NCBI GenBank assembly: GCA_963716025.1
Contig: CAVQSY010000023.1
Location: forward strand, 7,876 to 71,875
DNA length: 64,000 nt
Direction: 5' to 3'
From: an uncultured Chloroflexia bacterium
GTDB lineage: Bacteria; Chloroflexota; Limnocylindria; Limnocylindrales; CSP1-4
Positions within the stretch are counted from its first letter, which is position 1. Each line of letters starts with the position of its first letter. This document shows, in pieces, positions 1-13,405 of this stretch. The notes below the pieces were generated by a model. That model made no database searches, was not told the DNA's origin, and saw nothing but the letters and a program-made list of their open reading frames with translations. A program made the position numbers and the translations under genes.

Positions 1-183
1 GTTGGCCTCGCGCCTGCACCGGGTGCTTTTGGGAGACCGATGACCGTGATGGTACCCGCGGCAGAAAACAGCGAAATTGCCAGCCGATTGGCGGTCACAA
101 TATCCTGGGGCAATTCTTGTCAGCATGCCACGGGCTAGCCGCTAGAACGCAAGATTCCCTAGTGCTTTGTCACAATTGAAAAT

Positions 184-264
184 CAGGGTTGTTGCTATTA
201 GCCGTTTTGGCACAGCCACGGTTGCTCCGAGGAACCGTGGCAAGCACAAAACGGCTAATCCCTG
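184..264. repeat. Imperfect 81-bp hairpin/palindrome upstream of the MoxR gene
   Basis: Arms ATTAGCCGTTTTG..GCCACGGTT (197-223) and AACCGTGGC..CAAAACGGCTAAT (233-259) pair around a 9-nt loop. CAGGG (184-188) and CCCTG (260-264) extend the stem across a bulge. The motif AAACGGCTAAT recurs at 7767-7777. Confidence 0.6.
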
Positions 265-303
265 CTTTTGAGTTTGACAAAACGCTCGTGATGTAGAAAA
301 AGA

Positions 304-1262
304 ATGATGACTCCTCACGAATCCATTCTAAGCATCTCCGCCGCGATGAATGCGGCAGTCATCGGCCAGCAGACGGTGGTCGAGCGATTGCTGATCGCAT
401 TGTTGGCCGACGGCAACGTGCTGATGGAAGGCTTGCCCGGCACCGCCAAGACACGTTCGATCAAGACCCTGTCCGGACTGATCGAAGGCGTGAATTCGCC
501 GCGTTCAGTTCACGCCTGATCTGTTGCCCTCCGACGTGACCGGCTCGGAGATCTATCGCGAGCAGACCGCGACGTTCGAGTTCCAGCCAGGACCGCTATT
601 CGGCAATTTGGTGTTGGCCGACGAGATCAATCGGGCCCCGGCCAAAGTCCAGGCCGCGCTGCTCGAGGCGATGGAGGAACGGCAGGTGACGTGTTGCCGG
701 CAAGACGCACAAGTTACCGGACTTGTTTCTAGTTCTCGCGCCACGCAAAATCCAATCGAACAAGAGGGGACGTATCCGCTACCGGAGGCGCAGATGGATC
801 GATTCTTGGTATACGTCCAAGTGCCCTACCCGCTGCGGAGAATGAGCTCGCGATCCTGCGTCTGGTCCGCAGTGAAGAATCGGCAACCAGCGGCCAACCG
901 GAGCCGGTTTCGCAGCAGACGATCTTTGCCGCCCGCCGGGAAGATTGGGTCGATGCATGTCGCCGATGCCGAACGCTACCTTGTAGACCTGGTCATTGCC
1001 ACGCGGCATCCAAAGCGTTACGGGGATCTCGCCAAATGGATTCAGCTGGGCGCCACCGCGAGCCACGATTGCCTTAGACGCTCGCCGCACGGGCTCGCGC
1101 TGGCTACGGGGCAACGATTTTGTTTCGCCAGAAGACATACAAGCCGTCGCACCCGCTTGCTTGTCCCATCGCATTCACTTGTCCTACGAAGCCGAGGCCG
1201 CCGGAAGGACGCGCGAGGATGTCGTGGACGAGGTACTGCAACGCGTCGCGGTGACTGCATGA
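304..1262 (+). pseudogene. MoxR-family AAA+ ATPase, reading frame broken repeatedly (pseudogene or error-ridden sequence)
   Basis: Walker A GLPGTAKT lies in the 304 [55 protein letters not shown] and [20 protein letters not shown] lie in a second frame. [11 protein letters not shown] and the C-terminal [31 protein letters not shown] lie in other frames. I count at least 6 frame changes. Confidence 0.85.
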
Positions 1263-1270
1263 TTTCGGTA

Positions 1271-1435
1271 GCAGAGCTCGCGCAGCGTTTGGGTTGGTTT
1301 GTTGTTGCGGAACTCGCGTAGAGTTTCGGCTCTGGTTTGTTGTAGAGTTTCGGCTCTGAATCGAAAGTCTGCGCGACTTCCGCTACGATAATGCGCCTGG
1401 CCGAAAGTCTGCCGCAACTTCCGCTACGATAATGC
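1271..1435. repeat. Two adjacent short tandem-repeat arrays in the MoxR-DUF58 spacer
   Basis: A ~37-bp unit (GCrGArCTCGCGyAGnGTTTnGGnTnGGTTTGTTGT) is present about 2.4 times at 1271-1358. A ~34-bp unit (CGAAAGTCTGCnnnnACTTCCGCTACGATAATGC) is present twice, at 1362-1394 and 1402-1435. Confidence 0.7.
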
Positions 1436-1475
1436 AACGGGACGAGGTCTTTAATGCCCAGCACGACTGCCACTC

Positions 1476-2381
1476 GTGTTTACAGTACGCCTCGATGATC
1501 TGATCCGCTTCCGGAGCTCGGCACGTGGATTTTCGCTGCTTCCTCGGCAACCGATCAACAGTTTGCTCAGCGGCCAACATGTTTCTCGTCTACGTGGCCG
1601 TGGATTAATGTTCGAGGAACTTCGCGGCTACCGCCCTGGCGACGATATTCGCCAGATGGATTGGAAGGCGACGGTCCGCCATGCGAAACCGCAGGTTCGC
1701 GTCTATTCGGAAGAGCGAGAGCGACCGATATTGTTGGTCGTAGATCAACGGTCAACGATGTTTTTCGGTAGCCATCGTATGACCAAGGCGGTCGCGGCAG
1801 TCGAGGTCGCTGCTCTGGGAGCTTGGCGGGTCTGGACGCAGGTGATCGCGTGGGCAGCGATCTTATTCGACGATGAGGAAACCATGGAGATTCGTCCCTG
1901 CCGAAGTCGCGATAGCGTACTTCGGATCTGCACGAAATCGTGCGCATGAATAATCAATTGTCTGCCGAAAAGACTTTTGCCCATTCTGACAATCGCTTGA
2001 ACGACGCATTGCGGCGTGCCGTCCAGGTGGCCAACCACGATTACCTAGTCGTATTGATCACCGACTACCATGGCGACGATGCAGAGACTCGAGCTCTGGC
2101 CACTCGGCTCGCCGTACACAATGATGTGCTAGCTGTACTCGTCTACGATCCGCTGGGAATTCGACTGCCACAGGCGGGCGGACTCATGGCGACCGACGGT
2201 CACGCGCAATTGTCGATTCCAACGGGCGAGAGATTTGGGACACTGTTCGAGTCTGGAGTTTCAAAAACGCTGTGATCAATTGCGTGACAGGTGCGCACGA
2301 TCCGCATTCCGAATCTTACCAATTTGCACGCATGAGTCGGTGTTGGACCAAGTTCGTTCGGCATTGGGTGGCCAGCCATGA
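1476..2381 (+). pseudogene. DUF58 (MoxR-associated, VWA-like) protein, frameshifted
   Basis: LRGRGLMFEELRGYRPGDDIRQMDWKAT is the typical DUF58 signature. GDRVG and AILFDDEE sit in different frames near 1840. The 1940 ORF continues the protein. The tail ...ICTHESVLDQVRSALGGQP reaches a TGA that overlaps the next ATG (ATGA at 2378-2381). Confidence 0.8.
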
Positions 2382-2858
2382 ATGATGACCTAGCCAGCTT
2401 GGACAATTTGCGAGACATCGTCGAACCGCCTCCAGTTTCGTGGTGGCCCGCCTGCCCGGGCTGGTGGATGTTGCTCGCGATACTCGCCAGCGTAGCCTCG
2501 GTCATCATCTGGCGGCGCTGGCAAACATGGCGAGCCAATGCCTATCGGCGTGCCGCCCTGGCCGAACTCCGCTCGGCAGCCAACGCGCGTGCAATTGCGG
2601 AGATTTTGAAACGTGCGGCGCTGGTCGCCAACCCTCGCACGGAAATAGCTTCGAAAACGGGGCCAGCCTGGCTAAGTTGGTTAGAGAGCGAGGGAGGCCA
2701 ACCCCTGCCGCGTCACGTGGCGCTGATGATGACCGATGGAGTCTTCGGATGAATTTGCCCCAGCCAACATAGCTGATTTGACTAGCTTCGCCTCCGCTTG
2801 GATCAAACATCATCCCGATCGCCGTAAATCGGAAAAGCCCGAGGTGGTCGAGTGTTGA
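2378..2858 (+). CDS. Small single-TM protein of Bat operons (DUF4381-like), one frame change near 2748
   Basis: It has a TM helix (WWPACPGWWMLLAILASVASVIIWRRW) and sits in the conserved position between DUF58 and BatA. After the frame change the tail ...ADLTSFASAWIKHHPDRR ends at TGA 2856-2858, overlapping the TTG start of the next gene. Confidence 0.6.
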
Positions 2859-3891
2859 CTTTTGGCAATTCTTGGATGTTATTTCTGTCGCCATTGCCGC
2901 TGCTAGTCTGGTGGCTGTTGCCACCGCGAAGCGAAACGAATGTGGCCGTTCGCATTCCATTTTTCGACCGCGCAAGGCAGGCAAGCATTGCCAGCCCGCC
3001 AACGATCGAGCAACAGGGTTAAGAATCCCACTCTGGCTGCTCGATGGTTTGGTTGCTGATCGTGTTCGCACTGGCTCCGTCCCCAGTGGTTGGAAGAACC
3101 CATAGAAAAGTTGATTCCAACGCGCTGACCTGCTATTGGTCGTTGATCTGTCAGGTTCGATGGAACAGGAGGACTTTACCAACGCGCAAGGAGGTTCCGT
3201 TAGCCGTTTGGACGCTGTGAAAGAGGTTGTTGGCGATTTCCTGACGCGTCGCCAAGGAGATCGAGTTGGGCTGGTGGTGTTTGGCAATTCTCCGTTTTTA
3301 CAGGTTCCGTTTACGACGGACCTGGAGCTTTGTCGTCAATTGTTAGACCAAACCGCGGTCCGTATGGCCGGGCCCAAGACGGCGCTGGGCGATGCAATCG
3401 GTTTGGGAATCCATCTGTTCAACGACAGTGATGCCCCTACCAAAACACTGATTGCACTGACCGATGGAAATGACACTGCCAGTGCCGTTCCGCCGGTCGA
3501 AGCGGCACGTGTTGCCAGCGATCGTGGGATCACTATTCACACGGTGGCAATCGGGAATCCAGAGACGACCGGCGAGGAAAAATTGGACGAATCAACGTTG
3601 CGGTCGGTAGCCGAAGCGACCGGTGGACAATTCTTTTTGGCACTCGACCGACAGGAGCTGCAAGGAATTTATCAGCAGTTGGACGAGATTGAAACGCGTG
3701 ATGTGAAGACGGTCAGCCATCGACCGCGACGCGACTTGTATTATTGGCCACTCGCCGCAGCGCTATTGATTTCATTGGCTGCTCATAGTTGGCAGTGGTG
3801 GCGCATGCGGGGTCGAGTGCCAGTCCGCCGGAAGCAGACGCGATTGAAGGTCAATCCCAGAACCTTCGAGCTGGAGACGATCGAGTCATGA
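2855..3891 (+). pseudogene. batA: VWA-domain membrane protein, BatA-like, frameshifted in the N-terminal third
   Basis: It carries the MIDAS motif VVDLSGSM, then GDRVGLVVFG and LTDGNDTAS, and a C-terminal TM (YYWPLAAALLISLAA). The N-terminal TM segments (SWMLFLSPLPLLVWWLL and VWLLIVFALA) are spread over other frames. Confidence 0.75.
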
Positions 3892-3911
3892 ACGGAGACG
3901 ATCGAGTCATG
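3873..3911. repeat. 21-bp tandem duplication spanning the batA stop / batB start
   Basis: GGAGACGATCGAGTCATG occurs at 3873-3890 and again at 3894-3911, separated by AAC. The first copy holds the ATGA stop/start overlap (3888-3891). The second copy creates another in-frame ATG at 3909. Confidence 0.8.
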
Positions 3912-4840
3912 TACATTGTCGAGCAATTTCACTTCATTCGTCCGGCATGGTTGCTGATGATCCCCGTCGTCGTCTGGCTGTGGTGGCTCGGGAGACGCTG
4001 GCGCGATCCGACTCGGCGGCTGGCGGGTGCAATGGATCGCGAGTTGTTGGCGGCGCTCACAGTTGGCCAAACGTCAGCCAACCATTGGTTGTCGCTATCG
4101 CTGCTGGCCGCTTGGTTGTTAGCCTCGGTCTCGCTGGCTGGGCCAACATGGCATCTTGAGCCATCACCGTTTGCCGATGACCCAATCCCGTTGATGTTAT
4201 TGCTCCGCGCCGATGCTTCCATGGACCAAGATGATCTGTCACCCAGCCGCATAGAACGGGCGCGACTGAAAGTGGCGGATATCGCCGAGCTCCGCAAGGG
4301 ACAGCCGCTGGGACTGATCGCCTATGCAGGTTCGGCGCACCTCGGTGCTTCCTCCAACCCGTGAAACGTCGCTAGTTGCGACGATGGCATCGGAGATTAG
4401 CTCAGCCATTATGCCCAAGCTGGGGGACAAAGTTGTGGAGTGCTTCAACTCGCCCACAGAACGCTCGCCTCAACCGGCGGCTCGGTAATCGTAATTGCGG
4501 ACTCTATCGAGCAAGCGAACATTGGCGAACTAGAAAAATTTGGGCGTACAAGTCAGCTCGACGTCCAGTTCCTGACGGTGGCCCCGGCCAATACACACGA
4601 AGCGGAAAGTGTTGCGACAGCGGCAACGGCAATTCGCGGTCGCGTCAACATGCTTACTCCCGACGACGACGATGTTCGAGCACTCGTCCACCGCGCCGCC
4701 AACGCCCCTCGCTCTGTCGTCTCAGCCGAAAACGGCACACTCTGGGCCGAAGCCGGCTGGTGGCTCTTAGCTCCGCTGTCAGTGTTGTCACTGATCGGCT
4801 TTCGCCGCACTCGAACCAATGTAGAAAGCTCGCCCGGTGA
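3888..4840 (+). pseudogene. batB: VWA-like membrane protein, BatB-like, frameshifted
   Basis: It has an N-terminal TM (PAWLLMIPVVVWLWW), a VWA-like core (PLMLLLRADASMDQDDLSPSRIERARLKVADIAEL, GGSVIVIADSIE) and a C-terminal TM (GWWLLAPLSVLSLIGF). There are at least 3 frame changes. The end is placed at TGA 4838-4840, which overlaps a GTG. Confidence 0.6.
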
Positions 4841-5472
4841 ACTGTTCGACGATAACCAAGGCGCAAGCAGTGCGTCCGTTGCCTATTCGTCCCTTCTGGC
4901 CGTTGGAGTCCTCACTTGGTCGAGCCTTTGGTTCTCACCTGACCAGCAGGGGCAGCGATTGATGCGATCTGGCAACTTTCAGCAAGCTGCCGAAACGTTT
5001 GCCGACCCTATGCGTCAAGGAATCGCATGGTTCCGCGCGGGGGAGTTCAAAAAGGCCGATCAAAGCTTTGCCCGACTAACGACTGCCGATGCGCTCTACA
5101 ATCGAGGTAACGCTCGTATCATGCTTGGCCAATACGAATCGGCGACAAAATCGTTTGATCAGGCACTTAAAAAACGTCCTGATTTTGCGGACGCGAAGAC
5201 GAACCGAGATATCGCCATTGCCCGCGCAAAACTAACCAAATCTGAAGGTGGTGATATGGGCGACCAGGAAGCTCGGCGCTGACGAAATTCGCTTCGATAA
5301 ACAGAAATCGGGTGGCCAGGAGACGATTGTGGAGAAACAACAGGCAGTCTCCGACGCGACGATGCAGTCGCTGTGGCTTCGCCGTGTGCAGACGAAGCCC
5401 GCCGAATTCCTCAAGGCCAAGTTTGCTTATCAGCTCGCAACCCATGACGAGCAACCGGAGGCGAGTCAATGA
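4837..5472 (+). pseudogene. batC: TPR-repeat protein, BatC-like, frameshifted
   Basis: TPR-type repeats are present (IAWFRAGEFKKADQSF, ALYNRGNARIMLGQYESATKSFDQALKKRPDFADA). The C-terminal piece (KLGADEIRFDKQ...KPAEFLKAKFAYQL) is in another frame and ends in an ATGA overlap with batD. The start is approximate. Confidence 0.6.
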
Positions 5473-6853
5473 AGCCAAACTCTGAGCGGGAAAAAAATGT
5501 CAGATACCATTTGCCAGGAACTGGCCCTACGGGTGCTTTGTACAAATGGTATCTGACGCTTTTTTCCCGACTGTTTATTCTGTTCTTCTCCTGGTCACAA
5601 CTCTGGGGGCCGGCGGTCTGTCTCGCTGAGACAGAAATTGTTCGTGCGGAATTGAAACAAAAATCTGCTTGGACCGGTGAGGGAGTTTCGATGTCAGTCA
5701 CTCTCTATTCTCCTGGACCATTTAGCGGCACTCCATCATTCGACCTACCTCACTTGCCTACCACAGCCATTGTCAAATCGGCCGGTAGTCCGCTGATCGG
5801 AAACAAAACCATCGGAGACGACTCATGGTTTACGCAGCGCCATGAATTTAGCATCTACACACAACAGACTGGAGTCATTGTCATTCCTGCATTTCGCGTT
5901 CGCTTTGCTGGGAAAAAGTCGTTCACCGGCGACGCGGAACCCATGCAGGGTGAGTCGGCTGAGCTACGTTTCTCCTCGAAACGACCGCCCGGGAACCGAA
6001 CAGCTTGGAATGGTAGTCGCGGCCGGCGAGCATGGAAGTCTCACAGACATGGAAGCCCCAGGATCCTGAAACGGTCAACGCTGGCGACGTGATCGAGCGC
6101 AATATCATGCGCCGAGCGACCGAGACATCGGCTATGATGTTTGCTCCCATACAATTGTCCCCCATTGACGATGTGCGCATTTATCCAGGCGAACCGACTG
6201 TCCAGGATCATGAGCAGCGAGGGGCAGATACCGCGCAGCGGAAGGACACTTTCAAGTACCAGTTTGCGAAACCTGGACAATATGTGGTGCCCGATTTGTC
6301 GATTGTCTGGTGGGATACAACGGCAGAGAAGTTACAGCATGAAACTCTTGCTGGGGTTGCGATCACAGTCCACAACGCTCCCTTGTCTGCAGACGCTGCC
6401 GCCGAGCTAAGCCACAGATATAGGCGGGGATTGGTTGTATTAGTTGTACTGATAACTCTCGCGGTCTGGCTTACCCGTCGCCCGCTTCGCAGAATGGTAA
6501 CTCGCTGGTGGGCGTGGAGGCGCGAGCCGAGTCACTTGGCCGCGCGGCAACTGCTCGCCGCTTGTCGAATGCACGACGCCCCAGCCGCTTGTATGGCACT
6601 GACTGCATGGAAACAGACATCGGGGTTTGCTCGTGAAGATTCCTGCCGCGCCAAACATGTGTCCACCTCACTGGTGAACGAATTCCAAAAAGAATCGGCT
6701 GAGCTACTGCGGCGAGTCTACGGCGGGACACAATCGCAGGCTGCTTGGCGCGGCGACAGGCTGGCAGTCGCGTTTCATCGCATACAATCGGCAATGGTAG
6801 CCGACGTTGAAACACATGAAGCGACACGTAGTCTTCCACGGCTCAATCCATAG
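5469..6853 (+). pseudogene. batD: BatD-like secreted/membrane protein, two frame changes near 5990-6035
   Basis: It occupies the last position in the Bat operon. The signal-peptide-like RLFILFFSWSQLWGPAVCLA is followed by a beta-rich ectodomain and a C-terminal TM (GLVVLVVLITLAVWL). The protein continues across the 5469, 5842 and 6032 ORFs. Confidence 0.6.
5488..5568. repeat. 81-bp palindromic element embedded in the first codons of batD
   Basis: 26-nt arms GGGAAAAAAATGTCAGATACCATTTG (5488-5513) and CAAATGGTATCTGACGCTTTTTTCCC (5543-5568) match at 24 of 26 positions around a 29-nt loop. The length is exactly 27 codons. Confidence 0.8.
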
Positions 6854-7119
6854 CGACTACCTGCCGTACCGTGGAGAAAAGCATTGCTCCATTGCCGATA
6901 CCGGCGCGGTGGACTTCGAAAAGACTAGCAAATAGTGAGATTTTCAAAGGTAACATAGATTCCCGCATAGTGCGAACACAGGATTGTTTATGGCGGCGAC
7001 GATTGAAAGTTGCCCAGAATCGTGCTATAGTTCGCAAAGGAAGCTGAGTCGTAATCCGCTGTGCGGAGTGTGGCTGCGTGGGCACAATTGCAAATCTTTT
7101 CTAAAAAGCGAACTACACT

Positions 7120-7713
7120 ATGTCCACTGGCCCAGACTCTTCGGAGCCTTTGAGCAGCGACATCTCCATTCTGAATGCTATTGCGGGGAACTGGTGGATC
7201 CTCTTGGTGCGTGGCTTGTTACTTATCGTGCTCGGACTCTATGCGCCGTTCAACCCCGGACTCGCGCTCCTAGCTTGGGCCTTTATGATCGGCTGCTTTC
7301 TGATCGCAGATGGGTTGCTTGCGATTGTCGCGGGCATCGCTGGCTGGACTAAATCTCGAGGCTGGACGATTCTGCGCGGAGTGCTTGCCGTGGTGGCAGG
7401 GGCGTTTGCTGCCGGCCACCCGGCCCTATTCGGAGTTATCGCGGCGATGACCGTCGTCCTGCTGATCGCCGCTTGGTCGATCATCGGCGGGGTTTTCGAG
7501 ATCATCATCGCAGTTCGCGAGCGCAAGGCGATCCAGGGGGAGGGATGGATGATCCTCGACGGCATTTTCTCCATCCTCTTCGGCGTCGTGCTTGCATCCG
7601 CACCGTTGCTGTCCGGCGGCTTACTGATTCGTGTGAGCGGTGCGTTTGCAATTTTGTTTGGTTTTGTGGTAATCTTTTCGTCATTCAAGCTTCGCAAGCT
7701 CAAGCACGTCTGA
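7120..7713 (+). CDS. hdeD: HdeD-family (DUF308) acid-resistance-type membrane protein
   Basis: This is an intact 197-aa ORF with about six TM helices and the repeated DUF308 pattern (WWILLVRGLLLIVLGL, GWTILRGVLAVVAGAFA, WMILDGIFSILFGVVL). Confidence 0.75.
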   Translation: MSTGPDSSEPLSSDISILNAIAGNWWILLVRGLLLIVLGLYAPFNPGLALLAWAFMIGCFLIADGLLAIVAGIAGWTKSRGWTILRGVLAVVAGAFAAGHPALFGVIAAMTVVLLIAAWSIIGGVFEIIIAVRERKAIQGEGWMILDGIFSILFGVVLASAPLLSGGLLIRVSGAFAILFGFVVIFSSFKLRKLKHV

Positions 7714-7803
7714 TTAAGTGACCGCGCATAAGTTTTCAGCATTAAGAACAACCGTAGCAAACGCCGAAACGGCTAATGATGCGTAAAAATTTGTGCATGG
7801 AGT

Positions 7804-7976
7804 CTTAATTGGACAGCGCCACTTTGCGTGCAATGGTAACCCGAAGCGTAAGCGAGGAAAAGAGTTACGCAAAAAGCCTCGCTAACGCTTCGGGTTACCA
7901 TTGAAATCGCCGCATCCTGCTTTATGCAAACAACTTATGAATACTATTACGTAAAAAGTGGCGCTGTCCAATTAAG
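7804..7976. repeat. 173-bp composite nested palindrome (MITE-like or bidirectional terminator-like)
   Basis: The outer 22-nt arms are perfect: CTTAATTGGACAGCGCCACTTT (7804-7825) and its reverse complement (7955-7976). The inner 27-nt arms (7831-7857 and 7877-7903) match at 26 of 27 positions around a 19-nt loop. TTACGyAAAAAG recurs at 7865 and 7947. Confidence 0.8.
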
Positions 7977-7995
7977 TGATGAGGTTTAAAGAAGC

Positions 7996-8614
7996 ATGAG
8001 TACTGCCGAACGTCCCAACTTTGTCACAGAAGACGATTACTTAGCATCCGAGGAATTGGCGATAACAAAAAGCGAGTACATCGACGGATGGATCCGCGCG
8101 ATGGCGGGAGCGACCAATCGACACAATCGTGTGAAAATGAATTGCCTGTTGAACCTCGGGGTTGGATTGAAGAACAAGTCTTGTCAGCCATGGGATTCGG
8201 ACACCAAGGTTCGTATACGTGGTTTCGGTTATACTCGCTTTTACTATCCTGATGCACAGGTCGTCTGCGAGAGCAATGCACCGACAGACGTGTTCCAAGA
8301 CAAACCAGTGGTCATCATCGAAGTCTTGTCACCATCGACGCGGGCCTACGATTTGGATGAAAAGCTGAACGCCTATCTTAGGATTGCGTCGTTGCAATGT
8401 TATGTGATTCTTGAAAAGCACACACCGCTGGCAATTGTAATGCGACTGTACGCCGGCTGGGTTTCTGCGTGAGACCTACGAAGGCACTGATGCGACGATC
8501 GATCTGCCATCCATAGGTTGTGAGCTGCTACTTCGTGAGGTCTATAAGGGGGTTGAATTCACACCAACCTGCGTTCAAGAATCTGAACAAGAGTACGAGC
8601 GAACCACAGACTGA
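7996..8614 (+). CDS. Uma2-family (DUF820) PD-(D/E)XK endonuclease, one frame change near 8455
   Basis: EYIDG, YYPDAQVVCE and VVIIEVLSPSTRAYDLDEKLNAYLRI match the Uma2 catalytic pattern. After the shift the tail is ...RETYEGTDATIDLPSIGCELLLREVYKGV, ending at TGA 8612-8614. Confidence 0.75.
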
Positions 8615-8728
8615 TAGACTAATCCCAATAAAAGTGCTGTAACCGTTCACACGATAGAGAGATAGCGATGTTTACCTTGATGATATAGGACTTTATCCGT
8701 GCTCCGGCATTGCCATCCGTGCTAGTCC

Positions 8729-12179
<3,451 letters not shown>

Positions 12180-12182
12180 GGC

Positions 12183-13216
12183 GTGACCCCCGATCTGCGG
12201 ACCCGCTATCTGGGGCTCGATCTTCGGTCCCCGATCGTCGCGTCGTCCACGCCGCTCACCGGCGACCCGTCGTCGGCAAGCAGCTCGAGGACGCCGGCGT
12301 CGGGGCCGTCGTCCTGCCGTCGCTGTTCGAGGAGGAGATCCTCCACGACGAGATCGAGCTGTCGCGGGCCCTCGACCAGGGCACCGAGCAGTTCGCCGAG
12401 GCGCTGGACTACTTCCCGGCGTCAGGCCGAGTTCCAGGGCGTCGGCGACCGGTACCTCGCCCGGCTCGAGAAGACCAAGAAGGCGGTCTGCGATCCCGGT
12501 CGATCGCCAGCCTCAACGCCGACTCGACCGGCGGCTGGGTGCGCTACGCGCAGGCTGATGCAGGACGCCGGGGCCGACGCCCTGGAGTCTCAACCTGTAC
12601 CACGTGGCCGCGGACCCGCGAGCTCGGGTCGTCGCACCGCGAGCAGGCGGACCTCGACCTCGTGGCCGCGGTCCGCGCCGCGATCACGCATCCCGCTCGC
12701 CGTCAAGCTCAGCCCCTACTACTCGGCCATGGCGAACTTCGCCGGGCGGGTCGTCGAGGCCGGCGCCGACGGCCTCGTGCTGTTCAACCGCTTCTACCAG
12801 CCGGACCTCGACCTCGACACGTTCGACGTCGTCACCAAGGTCTCGCTGAGCCACCCCTCGGAGCTGCGGCTGCCGCTCCGGTGGATCGCCATCCTGCGGC
12901 CGCAGCTGGGCGTCGGGACGGGCCTCGCGGCCACGTCGGGCATCCACCGGGCACCGACGCCGTCAAGGCGCTCGCCGTCGGCGCGGACGTGGTGATGATG
13001 GCCTCGGCGATCCTGCGCCACGGCGCGGCCCAGGTCAGCACCCGTCGACCGGCGAGCTGCGTCGCCTGGATGGAGGAGCGCGAGTACGAGTCGGTCGCCC
13101 AGCTTCGTGGGTCCGCAACCGCGGCCACCGTCGCCAACCCGACGGCGTTCGAGCGGGCCAACTACCTCAAGACGCTCCACTCCTGGTCCGCACCGAGCGA
13201 GCTGGCCGGCGTCTAG
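12183..13216 (+). pseudogene. Dihydroorotate-dehydrogenase-like protein (PFOR-associated), heavily frameshifted
   Basis: There is a GTG start after GAAGGGAG. The fragments YLGLDLRSPIVASSTPLTGD, LEDAGVGAVVLPSLFEEEI, IPLAVKLSPYYSAMANFAGRVVEAGADGLVLFNRFYQPD and AVGADVVMMASAILRHG are spread over all three frames, with about 9 frame changes. Confidence 0.75.
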
Positions 13217-13232
13217 GCTCCTCGCAGCGGGT

Positions 13233-13275
13233 GGCGGGCGCGCGGCCTCCGGGCCGGCGCCCGCCTCGTCGTTTT
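13233..13275 (+). terminator. Rho-independent terminator after the PFOR/DHOD-like operon
   Basis: A GC-rich stem (GGCGGGCGC at 13233-13241 pairing with GCGCCCGCC at 13257-13265, plus inner GCGGCC/GGCCG pairing) is followed by TCGTCGTTTT. Confidence 0.6.
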
Positions 13276-13405
13276 CGACCCGACCCATCCGCCGCGCGCC
13301 ATGGGGCGAACAGGGCGCAGAGACCACAGCGTCTCGGATCGGTGCCCGGCGGCCTGACCGCCTGCGTCGTCATCCCGATCCCCCAGTCGCCAGGAGGAAC
13401 CTATC

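Noticed and set aside
6843-7085. An 80-aa minus-strand ORF in the batD-hdeD spacer.
   Set aside because: There is no motif and no convincing start context, and the composition is atypical. It is likely a chance ORF in an intergenic region.
8615-8728. A search for the missing PFOR N-terminus (AIYPITPSS..EMQSE) hidden by frameshifts just left of 8729.
   Set aside because: Only about 35 GC-rich bases precede the first recognisable residues, whereas about 180 nt would be needed. The rest is AT-rich sequence with no similarity in any frame, so the gene is truly truncated at the junction.
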